Part shown: piece after piece, positions 63,501-64,000 of the stretch
How positions within the stretch are numbered: the first letter of the stretch is position 1
Layout of the letters: each line of letters begins with the position of its first letter
Assembly: GCA_030141605.1 (NCBI GenBank)
Contig: JAQGDQ010000080.1
Location: 372,001-436,000, forward strand
Source: Tubiluchus corallicola
Taxonomy: Eukaryota > Animalia > Priapulida
Length of the DNA stretch: 64,000 bases
Direction: 5' to 3'
Notes under the pieces: model-generated
Told to the model about the DNA's origin: nothing
Databases searched by the model: none
What the model saw: only the letters and a program-made list of their open reading frames with translations
Position numbers and translations under genes: made by a program

Positions 63501-64000
63501 ATGAATAGCAGTGGAATGAGTACACCTGCTGAAGGTGAAGCAGAGGTCACCTATGCCATTCAGAAGCTGGAGCAACTCTTGACATGTCCCATATGTTTAG
63601 ATCGATACAGAAACCCCAAACTTCTGCCATGTCAGCACACATTTTGTTTTCAATGTTTGGAAGGATGCGAAGACATTGTCCGAAGACAAGTCAAGTGTCC
63701 AGAATGTCGGGCAGAACATCATATTCCTTTCAAAGGTCTAGACTTTTTCCCAAACAATCTTACTTTGGCAAAATTTTTGGAAATACCAGTAGCCACCCTG
63801 GCACTACCGGCACCTACTGCAGGAGGGGATATGGCGGAAGTCATAGAAAAGTTTGCACATTATGGACAATGTGCCAATTGTGAGGAAAATGCAAATTTAT
63901 CCAAGTGTGCTCATTGTAATAATAAGATATGTGGAGACTGCAAGCATGGTCACATAGATGGAGCACGCAGAGAAACGGTACGGCTTATCAATCAAGGCAA
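63501..64000 (+). CDS. nhl-1: RING finger protein nhl-1 / thin (abba)-like TRIM-NHL E3 ligase, N-terminal part (3'-partial)
   Basis: Open frame from ATG 63501 to the window end, absent from the ORF track because it has no stop: MNSSG...QKLEQLLTCPICLDRYRNPKLLPCQHTFCFQCLEGCEDIVRRQVKCPECRAEHHIPF.G...FPNNLTLAKFLE...QCANCEENANLSKCAHCNNKICGDCKHGH. This is a C3HC4 RING plus B-box-like region; EQLLTC..CLDRYR.PKLLPCQH and VRRQVKCPECRAEH are characteristic of nhl-1/thin. Probable 5' UTR intron 62929-63386. The NHL repeats would lie outside the window. Confidence 0.88.
   Translation, partial: MNSSGMSTPAEGEAEVTYAIQKLEQLLTCPICLDRYRNPKLLPCQHTFCFQCLEGCEDIVRRQVKCPECRAEHHIPFKGLDFFPNNLTLAKFLEIPVATLALPAPTAGGDMAEVIEKFAHYGQCANCEENANLSKCAHCNNKICGDCKHGHIDGARRETVRLINQG

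Noticed and set aside
63584-63883. 99-aa plus-strand ORF in the ORF track
   Set aside because: Out of frame with the RING-containing reading frame that starts at 63501.

Overview
AT-rich eukaryotic (animal) genomic DNA with GT-AG introns. The gene content points to a protostome invertebrate, probably a lophotrochozoan (inference). I reconstructed five spliced genes by hand: (1) the 3' part of an ionotropic receptor/variant iGluR with IR93a-like motifs (+, <1..12889, 11 exons); (2) a TAP26/CCDC59 (Fyv7-family) gene (-, 14174..19476); (3) a 9-finger C2H2 zinc-finger gene (+, 23892..26759) followed by an apparently very long 3' UTR; (4) a full-length ZAK-alpha-like MAP3K20 (kinase, leucine zipper, SAM, FPPL motif, post-SAM domain, long basic tail; -, 33484..56242, about 20 coding exons, about 1001 aa); (5) the 5' end of an nhl-1/thin(abba)-type RING-B-box gene (+, 63501..>64000). 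Introns and intergenic DNA hold many mobile-element remnants: two PIF/Harbinger derivatives, pogo/Tigger-type elements, a GGG-ended TIR element, a long-TIR element enclosing an RT relic, several LINE relics (one with an internal inversion) and microsatellites. There are no prokaryotic features, CRISPR arrays, rRNA or tRNA genes. I found no clearly novel biological system. The best leads are the conserved ZAK motifs with candidate alternative micro/terminal exons, the non-canonical gate and ligand residues of the receptor, the shuffled zinc-finger array, a 65-nt hairpin downstream of the ZnF gene and the internally inverted LINE.
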